From a virus, in IMG/VR virus record IMGVR_UViG_3300010389_000007, positions 1 to 64,000 of that record: a DNA stretch of 64,000 nucleotides; one strand, written 5' to 3'. The notes beneath the pieces were generated by a model. It made no database searches. It was not told where the DNA came from and saw nothing but the letters and a program-made list of their open reading frames with translations. The translations under genes were made by a program, and so were the position numbers. This document shows, in pieces, positions 45,869 through 57,000 of this stretch (positions within the stretch are counted from its first letter, which is position 1; each line of letters opens with the position of its first letter).

Positions 45869-48604
45869 TTAGATGATGACCCACTCTGCCCCAGATGGCA
45901 CAGTAACTGTAACCCCAGAATTAATAAGTATTGGACCAATACTCATGTTATTGTAAGATGCGGAAACTGAGTAATTTGATGAAATTGTACCAAGACTTCT
46001 AAAGAAAGGTACACCAGTCAAAGTAATTTCTGCAGAAGAATTGACTCCTCCAGATGTTAAAGGTCCTGCAAAAGATAATGCTCCAGTTCCTGGATTAAAT
46101 TGGAATGCAGTAGCAGAAGCTCTTACTCTTGGAGTTGCATTGACTCCAGCAGAACTTACAAATACTGGATAGTATGTTCCATTTGAAGTGGTGTTTGTTG
46201 CATTAACAACATTAGATGGTCCTGGAGCACCTTGGAAACCTTGGAAACCTTGTGGTCCCTGGGGTCCAATAACACCATCAGTTCCCTGATTTCCATTTAT
46301 ACCCTGGAATCCTTGAGCACCTTGTCTACCTTGATTGCCTTGGTTTCCTTGTGCCCCCTGAGGTCCTCTTGGTCCCTGTGGTCCAATTGGACCAGGAGTT
46401 CCAGCACCACCATCAAGTCCTGGTGATCCTTGAGATCCTTGAGGTCCAACTGAACCTTGAGGTCCTAGTCCACCAAGAGCACCCTGAGGTCCTCTAGCAC
46501 CTTGTGGTCCAATTGGTCCCTGTGGACCTTGGAATCCTTGAGGTCCTTGAACACCTTGAGGTCCAATATTTCCTTGAGGACCATATGGACCTTGAGGACC
46601 TTGGCGTCCTTGGGCACCCTGAGGTCCTGCAGATCCCTGTGGTCCAGTTCCTTGAGGTCCAATGGCACCTTGTATGCCTTGATATCCTTGAGCACCTTGT
46701 GGACCAATATTTCCTTGTGGTCCTTGGAATCCTTGTGGCCCTTGAACACCTTGAGGACCTCTAGATCCTTGTGGACCAATTTGCCCCTGTGGTCCCGCTA
46801 ATCCTTGTGAACCCTGAACACCTTGAGGACCTTGGAATCCTTGAGGACCTCTAGATCCTTGAGGTCCTTGTGCACCTTGTGGACCAGTTACATATCCAGC
46901 ATCAACATAAGAAACTCCATTACAAACATATAAATGTCCATCTGCATTTACAATGTAAGCATCACCTTGAGTTCCACCAGTACAAGCTGGCAAATCTCCC
47001 ACTGTAGCTACTGCACCTAAGATGTTAATTGCAGTTCCTGGTGCACCTTGAGGACCTTGGAAACCTTGAGGTCCCTGAACACCTTGAGGTCCTCTTAATC
47101 CTTGTGGTCCTTGTGGACCAAATCCTTGTGGTCCTTGGATACCTTGAGGACCTAAGAATCCCTGTGGTCCTTGGAAACCTTGGGAACCTTGTACACCCTG
47201 GTATCCCTGAACACCTTGAGGTCCTTGTGCACCTTGTGGTCCTTGGAAACCTTGAGCACCTTGGGGTCCAACTGGTCCTTGAGGTCCTTGGAATCCTTGT
47301 GGTCCTTGAATTCCTTGAGGACCTTGTGGTCCAATTCTTCCCTGAACACCTTGAGGTCCCTGAACACCTTGTGGTCCTTTTTGGCCAACTTCACCTGGGA
47401 GACCTTGAGATCCTTGAGGTCCTTGGAATCCTTGTGGTCCTTGAACACCTTGAGGTCCTCTTAATCCTTGTGGACCAGTATTTCCTTGTGGACCTTGGAA
47501 TCCTTGAGGTCCAATAAATCCTTGAGGACCTTGGGAACCTTGAGGACCTTGGAAACCTTGTGGTCCCTGAACCCCTTGTGGACCTATTTCTCCTTGAGGA
47601 CCTTGAACACCTTGAGGTCCAAGATCTCCTTGTGCTCCTTGAGGACCTTGGAATCCCTGTGGACCTTGAATGCCCTGAGGACCTTGTGCACCTTGTGGTC
47701 CTGTCCCCTGTGGTCCAATAAATCCTTGTGGTCCTTGGAATCCTTGAGGACCATATCCTTGTGGTCCAATGAATCCTTGTGCACCTTGAGGACCTTGGAA
47801 TCCTTGAGGACCTCTAGATCCTTGTGGACCTTGGAAACCTTGAGGTCCTTGTGGTCCAATTGGTCCCTGTGGACCTTGATAACCTTGGAAACCTTGAGGT
47901 CCAATAAATCCTTGAGGACCTTGGAATCCTTGAGGTCCTTGTGGACCCAATCCACCAGCAACATTAGTCCAAGTAAATCCTGCTCCTGGTCCTAATGATG
48001 TTAATACCTTTGGAAATGTTCCTACATCTCCAGCGTAGTTTGCAATATCTCCACTAACTCTTACTGTAGTTACGCCAATATCAACTCCAACAGTTGGATC
48101 AGTGCTACCAATTCCAAGTCTTGATGATCCTGGAATGAAAACTAAATGTGTTGGTGCAATGTCAAATGCAGTTACAACACCTGGAGCTCTTTGATCTGTA
48201 AATCCAAGATAATATGGATTTAAATCTGCAGGTTCATCTGCAGAAATAGATGCTGTGATGGTAATTGTAGCAACACCTACGCCACCTGGCTCAATTGGTG
48301 TTACAGTTACACCAGAACCAACAAAATTTAACTGGGTGACAGATCCAGCTAAACCTACAATATTTCCTTCATCTCTAACAGTAATTCCTCTATCAATAAC
48401 ACCTGGAGGAAGTTGCTGCCAATATCTTCTTCCAGGATCAGTATCTACAGCAACAAGGATATATTGTTGTCCAATAGGTGGATTATCACCAGGGGGATCC
48501 CCCAAATTGGGTTCAGCCTGATTTAATCCAAGATATTGGTATCTATCAGCTGTTAATCTATCTTGGGGGGACTTAATTACCCTGCGACTAAGATACTTTG
48601 CCAT
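45869..48604 (-). CDS. Collagen-like fibre protein with (Gly-Pro/X-Gln)n repeats
   Basis: Triplet region ~46220-47947 interrupted once by a ~50-aa globular insert; MAKYLSRR N-terminus. Confidence 0.88.
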   Translation of the reverse strand: MAKYLSRRVIKSPQDRLTADRYQYLGLNQAEPNLGDPPGDNPPIGQQYILVAVDTDPGRRYWQQLPPGVIDRGITVRDEGNIVGLAGSVTQLNFVGSGVTVTPIEPGGVGVATITITASISADEPADLNPYYLGFTDQRAPGVVTAFDIAPTHLVFIPGSSRLGIGSTDPTVGVDIGVTTVRVSGDIANYAGDVGTFPKVLTSLGPGAGFTWTNVAGGLGPQGPQGFQGPQGFIGPQGFQGYQGPQGPIGPQGPQGFQGPQGSRGPQGFQGPQGAQGFIGPQGYGPQGFQGPQGFIGPQGTGPQGAQGPQGIQGPQGFQGPQGAQGDLGPQGVQGPQGEIGPQGVQGPQGFQGPQGSQGPQGFIGPQGFQGPQGNTGPQGLRGPQGVQGPQGFQGPQGSQGLPGEVGQKGPQGVQGPQGVQGRIGPQGPQGIQGPQGFQGPQGPVGPQGAQGFQGPQGAQGPQGVQGYQGVQGSQGFQGPQGFLGPQGIQGPQGFGPQGPQGLRGPQGVQGPQGFQGPQGAPGTAINILGAVATVGDLPACTGGTQGDAYIVNADGHLYVCNGVSYVDAGYVTGPQGAQGPQGSRGPQGFQGPQGVQGSQGLAGPQGQIGPQGSRGPQGVQGPQGFQGPQGNIGPQGAQGYQGIQGAIGPQGTGPQGSAGPQGAQGRQGPQGPYGPQGNIGPQGVQGPQGFQGPQGPIGPQGARGPQGALGGLGPQGSVGPQGSQGSPGLDGGAGTPGPIGPQGPRGPQGAQGNQGNQGRQGAQGFQGINGNQGTDGVIGPQGPQGFQGFQGAPGPSNVVNATNTTSNGTYYPVFVSSAGVNATPRVRASATAFQFNPGTGALSFAGPLTSGGVNSSAEITLTGVPFFRSLGTISSNYSVSASYNNMSIGPILINSGVTVTVPSGAEWVII

Positions 48605-48987
48605 TATTGATTAAGAGTCTCCAGGATGCTTACTGTATATTTCATGTGGTTTGGATCAGATGTAGAAATTCCACTAATGGAAATTGCATCTGTTTTCAGT
48701 GCAGTTCTTTCAAGAACAAGTCTTCCCTCAATAAGAACTAAAGCATCATTTGGTGGGACTAAACCACCTTGAATAAGTTCATTGAAGTCTGTAGTAACCC
48801 CAGATTGAGATCTATTTGTTCTCTTGTGGGAGAAAGTGACTGTTCCAATGCCAGTTCCAGTATTTGCAACTTGGGCATAAAGTACAATACTTGTATAACC
48901 TGTTCTTGTAGTATAAATTTCAGTATTTTCAGTAGTGCTGACAATGCCAGTTACTGTTTTGTATGTATTTAGTGGTTGTTGTGCCAT
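48604..48987 (-). CDS. Small structural protein, paralog of 40966..41307
   Basis: MAQQPLNTYKT...IYTTRTG...AQVANTG...VPPND...GRLVLE. Confidence 0.8.
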   Translation of the reverse strand: MAQQPLNTYKTVTGIVSTTENTEIYTTRTGYTSIVLYAQVANTGTGIGTVTFSHKRTNRSQSGVTTDFNELIQGGLVPPNDALVLIEGRLVLERTALKTDAISISGISTSDPNHMKYTVSILETLNQ

Positions 48988-48994
48988 CTAGTTT

Positions 48995-51900
48995 TTAACC
49001 TCCTCCTAGGGCAATGATGAGTGGAGTTGTTTCAGCTTGAAGACTCTTACTGAATGCGGTACCACTGATAGTACCTGTATTTTGGTTGATAGTAATACCT
49101 TCACTGATTCTGAAGTTTCCTCCCTGATCTGTACTAGTGAAAGGTACTCTTCCACCATTTGTAGCTACAATTTGATTTTCATCAATTGGTACTGCAGCCT
49201 TAGAAGGAATAGCATTAACAATGTCTGTTCCTGTTCCTATATATTCAAATGTAATGCCAGATGCAATAATCTTACTTGCTTGGAAGAAGTTGACTGAAGC
49301 ACCTGCAGATACTGGATAAGTAATAAACTGATCAAAAGTAACAGTAGTAATTCCAGTTGGATCAACTGGGGTTGAAGAAACTACATTGAAGAATAAATTC
49401 TCCATAACAGCAGTTGCTGTTGCAGTAGATCCAATTCCAGGGGTAGCATCTGGGGGTGGTGCAATTGTCACAGTTGGTGGAGACAGGTAACCTGTACCAG
49501 AAACTAAGATAGTAATTTCACCAATTGTACCATCTGGATTGACACCATCTTCAAAAATTGTTGCTTCTGCAGCAATAGCATCATCACCAAGTTCAGGTAA
49601 TGAAAGTTGTACCTCAACTGGTGCACCAACTACATATCCAAATCCAGGACTATCAATTCTGATTGTATTGACAGTAAAGTATTGAGTGTCAATAAATGTA
49701 ACTTGACCATCATAAGGTCTTTGACCTCTTGGCAATTGTCTTTCTGGAAGTGATCCAGTTCCAAGTCCAATTACACTAGTAATAATTCCTGCACTTGTTG
49801 TAATAATACCAACAATTAGAGGACTGTATCCATTCTTATTGGTATCTTTAATTTGGGGGATGCTATTAATTCCACTTTGGTAAGATTCTGGCAGATTTAA
49901 GTTTTGAATAACATAAGTTGAAATGCCAGCAAGGTAATTGATTGCTGAAATTTCACCATCTGCAACATATCCTGGAGTGAATCCAGTTGGGACTGGACTA
50001 CTATCTCCAAGGTAAGAAACTGAATAATCTGCAGAATCTCTATATGCAAGTGCAGTATCAATAGAATTAATATTACTTTGTTGAATTAGATCAAGAGCAA
50101 ATGTTTCTACAATAATCTTAGTATCTCTCTTACACTTGTCTCTACCTGCTGCCACACCACCATAATCAAATGCTGTTCCTAGACCACCATAAGGACCATC
50201 AGTGCTAGTAACAAATCCTACAACCTCATTTGCTAAGAAGTCTGCATTTGCCCTGAGCAAATCAACAGCATCATCATATGCCTGAGTTGCACCTGCACCA
50301 ACATTAAGGACAAGGCTATCAATGTTATCTCCTTCAGGAGTAACAGTAACAATGCCAACATATTGTAATGGGGTTGTTCCATTTGCCCATAGACCAAAAT
50401 TACCAAAGGAAGCATTACTATTGTTCATGTCACAGACACCACCTGTGTCATTGTAGACTGCAATGTTACAACAAATTGTGAACAGAGAAACTAACTGTGC
50501 ATATCCAAAGTTAGTAATTGAAACACCAATTCCATTTTGGTTATATTGAGTGTATGCATCAAGAACCATGGACTTGAATCCACCTGCTCTTGCACCATCA
50601 ATTCTCATTCCAACACTATCTGGAACAAAGTTTGTGCAGTTCTGAACATATGGTGACTGCCAATTCTTTTCAGTTCCATCTGCATAACCCAATCCAACTG
50701 TTGGGAATGAAACCATTGCATTTGGATTTGCTTCACCAACAAAAGATTGTTGTGCAATATAGCAACCTCTTCTTACATGGTATAGATCAGTTTTTGCTTT
50801 TGTGGAAACAAGAGTTCTTCTTAGATCTTCTCCAACAACAGCAACTCTTTCTGGAACTTGAATAGGACCATCTTCAACATAAAGACCAGCAAAGACTTTA
50901 ACTGTGTCTCCTGGTTGTGCAATAGAACATGCTTTCTTAATGGTTAGGAATGCTCCACCTGGAGTATCTCCAACATTACTATCATTGCCATACTTAGCAA
51001 CAAACCACTCATTACCAACCTTTGCTCCTGGTGGTTGCCAAGTTAATTCTCCTACTGGATTATTAATTTTTGGTGTTTCTGCTAATCCTTCTCCAATAAT
51101 TGTAGTAACAATTCCAACGCAAGAGTGGATAGCAGAGTAAACATTAGCACAAGCAAATGGATTTGTGTTGCTATCTCCATCTGGAAGAAGTTCAGTGTCT
51201 ACAACTTGTGCAATGCTTGCGACACCAGTAATAGTTCTGGTTGCTGGAAGTGTACCAAACTCAATTGCCTCAGTTATAATTTGAATAAATACTGTGATTG
51301 CAGATGCCTGGGTTGCACAATCTCCAGATACATAAACTCCAGGTAATCCTGACTGATCTCCAACTACAGAATTATCAATATATTGGACTTCAGAAGTATA
51401 TCCACCAAGAGTAATAGTCTCATTGCGCATGGCTTGAATTGCCATGTCTCTTGCCTGCTGATAAGCATAGATAGACTCTGTTTCTTCTCCAGAGAGATAA
51501 TCATTGTCTACATAAATCTTTGCTGCATCATATACTTGATCATTTCCACCAAATTCTAAGTTGAAGCACATTGCTTCAAGTACATCAATAATATCATCAA
51601 TACACTCTTGATTTCCACCTGGGACAGAGAATCCAGAGAAGTTGGCAAGCATTCTACCAACTGCAACCTCAGCAATGAGAACTTTATTTGCAAGAATTAG
51701 TCTTGCTGCATCTGCATAAGTTCCATTGAGTGGTGGAGTTTGATAAGACTTTGGAAGTCTTGAGTTATTAATTACATATCTGGCAAGAGTTGAAATGCTG
51801 CTGAATCCAACCAAAGTTGCCTGTTTAACATATCCAGTGCTAAATCCTGTTGGAATTACAGCAGAATCATCAAGATATTTTAGAACTGCTCCCTCATAAT

Positions 51901-53470
51901 ATGAAAGACCAGCACCAACTGACTTGGAGTTTCCTCCCTTAGAAATGTCAAATGCAATTGCATCAATTAAATATCCAATATCTCTTCTACACTTTACTCT
52001 ACCAGTAGCAACTCCAACTGCACCATAATCAAAGTCTGGACCATAATAACCAAATGGACCATCAGTGCTGGTAATGAAACCTACAATTTCATTAGCAATG
52101 AATTCCTTGTTTCTGACCAGTAGATTTGCAGCATCAAGGAATCTACCAGGAATGTTATATTTTGAAGATAATACAGAGTATGCAAAACCTACATTATTGT
52201 CACCATCTACAACTTCACCACCAATTCTTACATCACCTTGAACATCTAAGGTTCTAGTTGCAACATTGGTTCCAATTGCAACTAATGGTTGAATAGTTTT
52301 TACGAAATCTGTTCCAAGAGTTCCATATACTTCTTCTGATGTGAAGTACTCAGAAGCAGAAAGGACAGTTCCTGCTATACCTACATCTAATTCTCCAGTT
52401 GTGGTAATTCCTAAAACATTCAGATTATCAATTGTTGAGATTCCTACTCTTTCTTCTCCAATGGAAGCAAAGTCAATAGTAGAGATCCCAACTACAGACT
52501 CTCCAATAGTTGCAAATCCTACAGTTGCAATACCAGAAAGTAATTGTGAAATTGTACCAATACCAATTGTTGAAACTCCAACAGTTTCTGAATCAATAGT
52601 TGCTGTTGTGACACTTGCAATGCCAATTGTGGCAATTCCAGCATATACATCAGTTACAGTTGCAAATCCAACTGTAGCAACTCCGATTGCAGCATCAGTT
52701 ATAGTTGCAAATCCAACTGTGGCAATACCAGAATATAGGGTGGTGGCAGTAACAAATCCTACAGTTGCAATGCCAATATTGGCATCAGTTACATCTGCTA
52801 AAGATATTGTTGCAATACCAATATTGGCATCAGTTACATCTGCTAAAGTTATTGTTGCAATTCCAATTGCAGCATCAGTTATGGTTGCAAATCCAACTGT
52901 GGTCAATCCTACTGTGGATTGTAGGACATCTGAATACTCAACTGTTGATATACCAACTATCTCTTCAGCTACAGTAGCAAATCCAACTGTTGATACTCCA
53001 ACAGTCTCTGCAGAAATATCAGCAACTGCAACTGTTGCAAATCCTGAGATTGTGGCAAAGGTCATGGATGTAAATCCTTGAACCCTTGCGTTCTGTAAAA
53101 TGTCTAAATTATATTCAGGAACAGTAGAACCAATACCAACAGAACCAAGACCAGTTATAACTACTGATTCTGGAGCAAATACATTGACTTTAAATTTATT
53201 GGTTCCAGGATCTTCATCAATACCAATGCCATCAGTTACATATACCTTACCATCTACATCTAATTCAAAATTTGGTGCTGCTACATTAACACCTAGTCTA
53301 TCCCCAACAGTCAGATTTGTTTCTACATTAGCATCACCAACAACATCTAAACTAAAATCTGCTAGAGTTTTACCTATTGCTACTCTTTTTGTTGTAGAAT
53401 CAGCATATAATGCTTCTGTTCCTACACCAAGACCTGTTCTAACTACAAAATAGTTTTCTTGTGATGCCAT
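48995..53470 (-). CDS. Large virion structural protein with GIAT/GVST repeats and beta-helix-like domain
   Basis: SPYVQNCTNF...DAYTQYNQNGIG; repeated KCxRD helical units; STDQGGNFRI. Confidence 0.82.
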   Translation of the reverse strand: MASQENYFVVRTGLGVGTEALYADSTTKRVAIGKTLADFSLDVVGDANVETNLTVGDRLGVNVAAPNFELDVDGKVYVTDGIGIDEDPGTNKFKVNVFAPESVVITGLGSVGIGSTVPEYNLDILQNARVQGFTSMTFATISGFATVAVADISAETVGVSTVGFATVAEEIVGISTVEYSDVLQSTVGLTTVGFATITDAAIGIATITLADVTDANIGIATISLADVTDANIGIATVGFVTATTLYSGIATVGFATITDAAIGVATVGFATVTDVYAGIATIGIASVTTATIDSETVGVSTIGIGTISQLLSGIATVGFATIGESVVGISTIDFASIGEERVGISTIDNLNVLGITTTGELDVGIAGTVLSASEYFTSEEVYGTLGTDFVKTIQPLVAIGTNVATRTLDVQGDVRIGGEVVDGDNNVGFAYSVLSSKYNIPGRFLDAANLLVRNKEFIANEIVGFITSTDGPFGYYGPDFDYGAVGVATGRVKCRRDIGYLIDAIAFDISKGGNSKSVGAGLSYYEGAVLKYLDDSAVIPTGFSTGYVKQATLVGFSSISTLARYVINNSRLPKSYQTPPLNGTYADAARLILANKVLIAEVAVGRMLANFSGFSVPGGNQECIDDIIDVLEAMCFNLEFGGNDQVYDAAKIYVDNDYLSGEETESIYAYQQARDMAIQAMRNETITLGGYTSEVQYIDNSVVGDQSGLPGVYVSGDCATQASAITVFIQIITEAIEFGTLPATRTITGVASIAQVVDTELLPDGDSNTNPFACANVYSAIHSCVGIVTTIIGEGLAETPKINNPVGELTWQPPGAKVGNEWFVAKYGNDSNVGDTPGGAFLTIKKACSIAQPGDTVKVFAGLYVEDGPIQVPERVAVVGEDLRRTLVSTKAKTDLYHVRRGCYIAQQSFVGEANPNAMVSFPTVGLGYADGTEKNWQSPYVQNCTNFVPDSVGMRIDGARAGGFKSMVLDAYTQYNQNGIGVSITNFGYAQLVSLFTICCNIAVYNDTGGVCDMNNSNASFGNFGLWANGTTPLQYVGIVTVTPEGDNIDSLVLNVGAGATQAYDDAVDLLRANADFLANEVVGFVTSTDGPYGGLGTAFDYGGVAAGRDKCKRDTKIIVETFALDLIQQSNINSIDTALAYRDSADYSVSYLGDSSPVPTGFTPGYVADGEISAINYLAGISTYVIQNLNLPESYQSGINSIPQIKDTNKNGYSPLIVGIITTSAGIITSVIGLGTGSLPERQLPRGQRPYDGQVTFIDTQYFTVNTIRIDSPGFGYVVGAPVEVQLSLPELGDDAIAAEATIFEDGVNPDGTIGEITILVSGTGYLSPPTVTIAPPPDATPGIGSTATATAVMENLFFNVVSSTPVDPTGITTVTFDQFITYPVSAGASVNFFQASKIIASGITFEYIGTGTDIVNAIPSKAAVPIDENQIVATNGGRVPFTSTDQGGNFRISEGITINQNTGTISGTAFSKSLQAETTPLIIALGGG

Positions 53471-53499
53471 AATCGGGTTCCACTATCCCCCTTTTGATT

Positions 53500-53507
53500 T
53501 ATTTATA
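53500..53507 (-). promoter_or_regulatory. T4-type late promoter
   Basis: TATAAATA 30 nt upstream of the 53470 start. Confidence 0.75.
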
Positions 53508-53542
53508 AGATATGGTATAATAACTTAAGAGAATCAAACATC

Positions 53543-54028
53543 ATGCAAGTAATAGATAACTATTTACCAGAGGAAATTTTCAAACCTATTCAAACAATGA
53601 TTCTTAGTGATGGATTTCCCTGGTATTGGAATGATGCAAAATCAACTTATGAAAATTATTCATGCAATGATTTAGACAATTTTCAGTTAACTCATAGATT
53701 TTATGATCAATATAGCAAATGCAGCACTGCTAATATTGATCAAATTATAGTAAAATTAAACCCACAAGCAATTGTTAGAATTAAAGCAAATTTAAATCCA
53801 AAAACAACCAAAATTATAAAATATGGATTTCATGTGGATACTCATATTAATTGCAAGACTGCAATCTATTATTTAAACACTAACAATGGATATACAGAAT
53901 TTAAAAATGGGGAAAGGGTTGAGAGTGTAGAAAATAGAATGGTGTTTTTTGAGTCCCAGTTAGAGCATACTGGGACATCATGCACAAATCAGAAAAGAAG
54001 AGTTGTTATAAATTTTAATTATTTTTAA
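53543..54028 (+). CDS. 2OG-Fe(II) oxygenase
   Basis: FHVD (HxD), TAIYYLNTNNGYT, EHTGT, RVVINFNY; TGGTATAAT promoter at 53513. Confidence 0.85.
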   Translation: MQVIDNYLPEEIFKPIQTMILSDGFPWYWNDAKSTYENYSCNDLDNFQLTHRFYDQYSKCSTANIDQIIVKLNPQAIVRIKANLNPKTTKIIKYGFHVDTHINCKTAIYYLNTNNGYTEFKNGERVESVENRMVFFESQLEHTGTSCTNQKRRVVINFNYF

Positions 54029-57000
54029 GAAACTCTCATAATGTATGCAAGAGCATAGTATGGAGGTAAGTTTGCATTGGTTGCAGGTGAACCTTCAGTG
54101 GAAATTGTGGTTGTAGTTGATGTTGATGCTGTAGGTTGTGTGTAAGATACATTACCAGATGAAGTACTTAGACTTACTCCATCAACAACTTGTCCTCCAC
54201 CACCAGAAACACCTTCAGTGCTTGTGCTAACAGATGCTCCTGTCAAGAATGTGCCACTTGCATCTCCACCAGTTAGGGTTGTTGTTGATGATGAAGAGGC
54301 AGTGTGATTGTGTGAAACCAAAGTAGCATCTGCACTACCACCAGTTGCTCCTGCAGAAAGTCCTGGATATGTAGTATCTCCAGTTCCACTGCTAGCACCA
54401 ACAACAAATCTGTTTCTTAAGTTTGGAGTTCCATTTGTTCCATCGCATAGTGCCCAGTTTGAAAGATCTCCAGTCCCAACAGAAGATGCTGCACCAGACC
54501 AAAGAATAATTCCACCAACAGGAATTGTTCCATATCCATGAAGTGTTGTTGATGGTGGAACAATTACTTTTCCACCAGCAGAATTCAAGTATAAGTTATC
54601 TGATGTGGTAGTAATTGTGGTTGCTGAAGAGACCCCAACTGTAACATTACCAATTGTTGCATCATTATTAACTAAAAGGTTATTTCCAACTGCAACTCCC
54701 CCAGAAACTACAACAGCAGCAGTTGTTGAGTTAATTCCTGGTTGAGTGTTTGCAAAAGTTACTATTCCAACAAATTCAGACTCACCTTCAACAGTTAATG
54801 ATTGTAAGGTGGTTATTGCAGTGGATGCATCTAAAATATCATTTACAATTAAAGTATTAACTTCAAGGGTATCTGCTACTGCAGTATCTTCATCCTCTAC
54901 TGGAACACCAACTGCAGTTTGATCTCCTGTAATTGCATCAAACTTAGTTCTTCCAATAAAGAACTCCCCATTGCTATTCATGCCAGTGTAAACAACTAGT
55001 CCGCCTTGAGAAACTAAAGATTGTGAAGTTAATATCTCATCTTCATTTAGAATTCTATCTTGGTTTGATGGCATACCAGTAGAATAGTTACCAGGACCAA
55101 AACCAACATATTCAAATGTATGACCTGATGCTCTAAGAATGGAGTTTCTTCTAAGTTCAATTGGAACTACTGAAATTCTCTTAATTGCAGATCCAGTTAA
55201 GTGCGAAGATATTCTGGTTCCTAACTGACCTCTCTTAACATAAATTTCACCACCAGAAACTTTAGTCACCAACATAATTTCAGTATTTACCTGAATTATG
55301 TCTCCCTTTTGCAATCCATAAATGCTTGATACTAAGAAGTTAATATCAGATACTGAAATTGCTTGATTTGTTTTTGACTTATATCCATCATAAAGGGCAA
55401 AATGTCTTGATGCTAGATTTTCATTTTCAGCATTAGTTTCTTTTGAATTAGATGAAAGACCATATGCATAAACTCTATTTGCAGCTCCAGCATCTCCTCT
55501 AACAGTAAATGATGTGATTCCAATCACATTAGAAACTGTGGATATTCCAATAGTTGGATCTGATCCAATTTGGTCATCAAACAATACTTTATTTCCAACT
55601 GCAAAATTATGTGGTTGTTGGGTTATAATAGTTGTTGTATTAGTTCCAGAATCATATACTGCTCCATCTGGAGAAGTTTGTAGTTGATATCCTGGACCAC
55701 CAAATAAGATAACAGATTGCTCTGGAGTCTCTGGAATTCCTAGATTATTATAGTATGTTATAGTATTTGATGTTACTGACTTGATCAAGAAAGTTCCATT
55801 ATTTCTTGAATTTTCACATCCAAGAATTTGAATAGTGTCTAAATCAGAAGATTCTTGATTTGTAGATGCAACAATAACACTTGCAGTATTTGAAGATCCT
55901 GGAATTCCTCTTAATGTTAGGGAATCTCCAACAGTATATCCAGAACCAAAGTTTTGAATTGCAGCAGTAGTTACACTATTTGAAGAAACTGTTATTGTTG
56001 CAGTTGCATCTTGCCCAGTTCCTCCACAAAGAGGAATATCATAATAAGTTCCATTTAAAAATCCAGATCCACCAGAACTAATAGTCAATCTCTTAATACC
56101 ACCTAATCCATGATTTGTTGCAGTTGTTGCTGTACAAACACCAACTGGACTAAATGTTGTTGTGTCTTGATAGGTAGTAATTCCAGTTATTACTTTTCCT
56201 AGATTAAAATCTGCTAAGAAAGATGATACAACTTCCTTAGTACTGCTATTCTTAGGGTCATTGACATTTACTACACCAATAATTGATCTAGATGCTTTTG
56301 TAATTGTTCCTTCAGGGTCTGAGTTTGGATTATCCTCATCAACCTTTGGATACAATCTTTCAATACTTTGTGATAGTTTGTATGTATCTGTATCAAATGG
56401 AGATACAGTTGGAACATTTTTAAATGCATTAACTGTTACATGATAAACTCCATCAGTAATTCCTTCCTCATAAGAAGTGATGGTGTCAATGTCATAAAGT
56501 TGATAATCATTTTGTACAGATTTCTGAACAAAATATGGCAAACTATTTCTGTTTGCATCATAGATTGTATAAGGTGGAATTCTATAGTTTGAAGTTTGAG
56601 CACAATCTCTTACAGTTAACCAAGATTCTGCAGTAGAAATGCCAACTGTAATTTCTCCAGGATCTCTAGATATTGCATAAGTAAATCTTAATTCATTAAC
56701 AACTGCTGCAACAGTGAATTCCCCATTATATCCAGTTCCAGTACCAAGACCCACTGGAGCAGGTTCTGCAGAACTCTTTAAGTCATAAACTTTTATAGAA
56801 TCTCCAACTTTTAAGTTGTGTGGTTTACTCGTTACAATGGTAACAAATCCAGCACTATACCATGCATCAACAATTGCACCATTATTTCTAATTAAGGATA
56901 ATTCATTGTTTGTAGCAGAAACCAAATCAGTGCTTTCTGCCTGTGGAAGTAAAGAACTTAGAGCATTTGATGCCCTCTCAATAATAAAACCAGAGGTGAT

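Noticed and set aside
52341-53453. Plus-strand ORFs of 246 and 117 aa
   Set aside because: Antisense shadows of the GIAT/GVST repeat region
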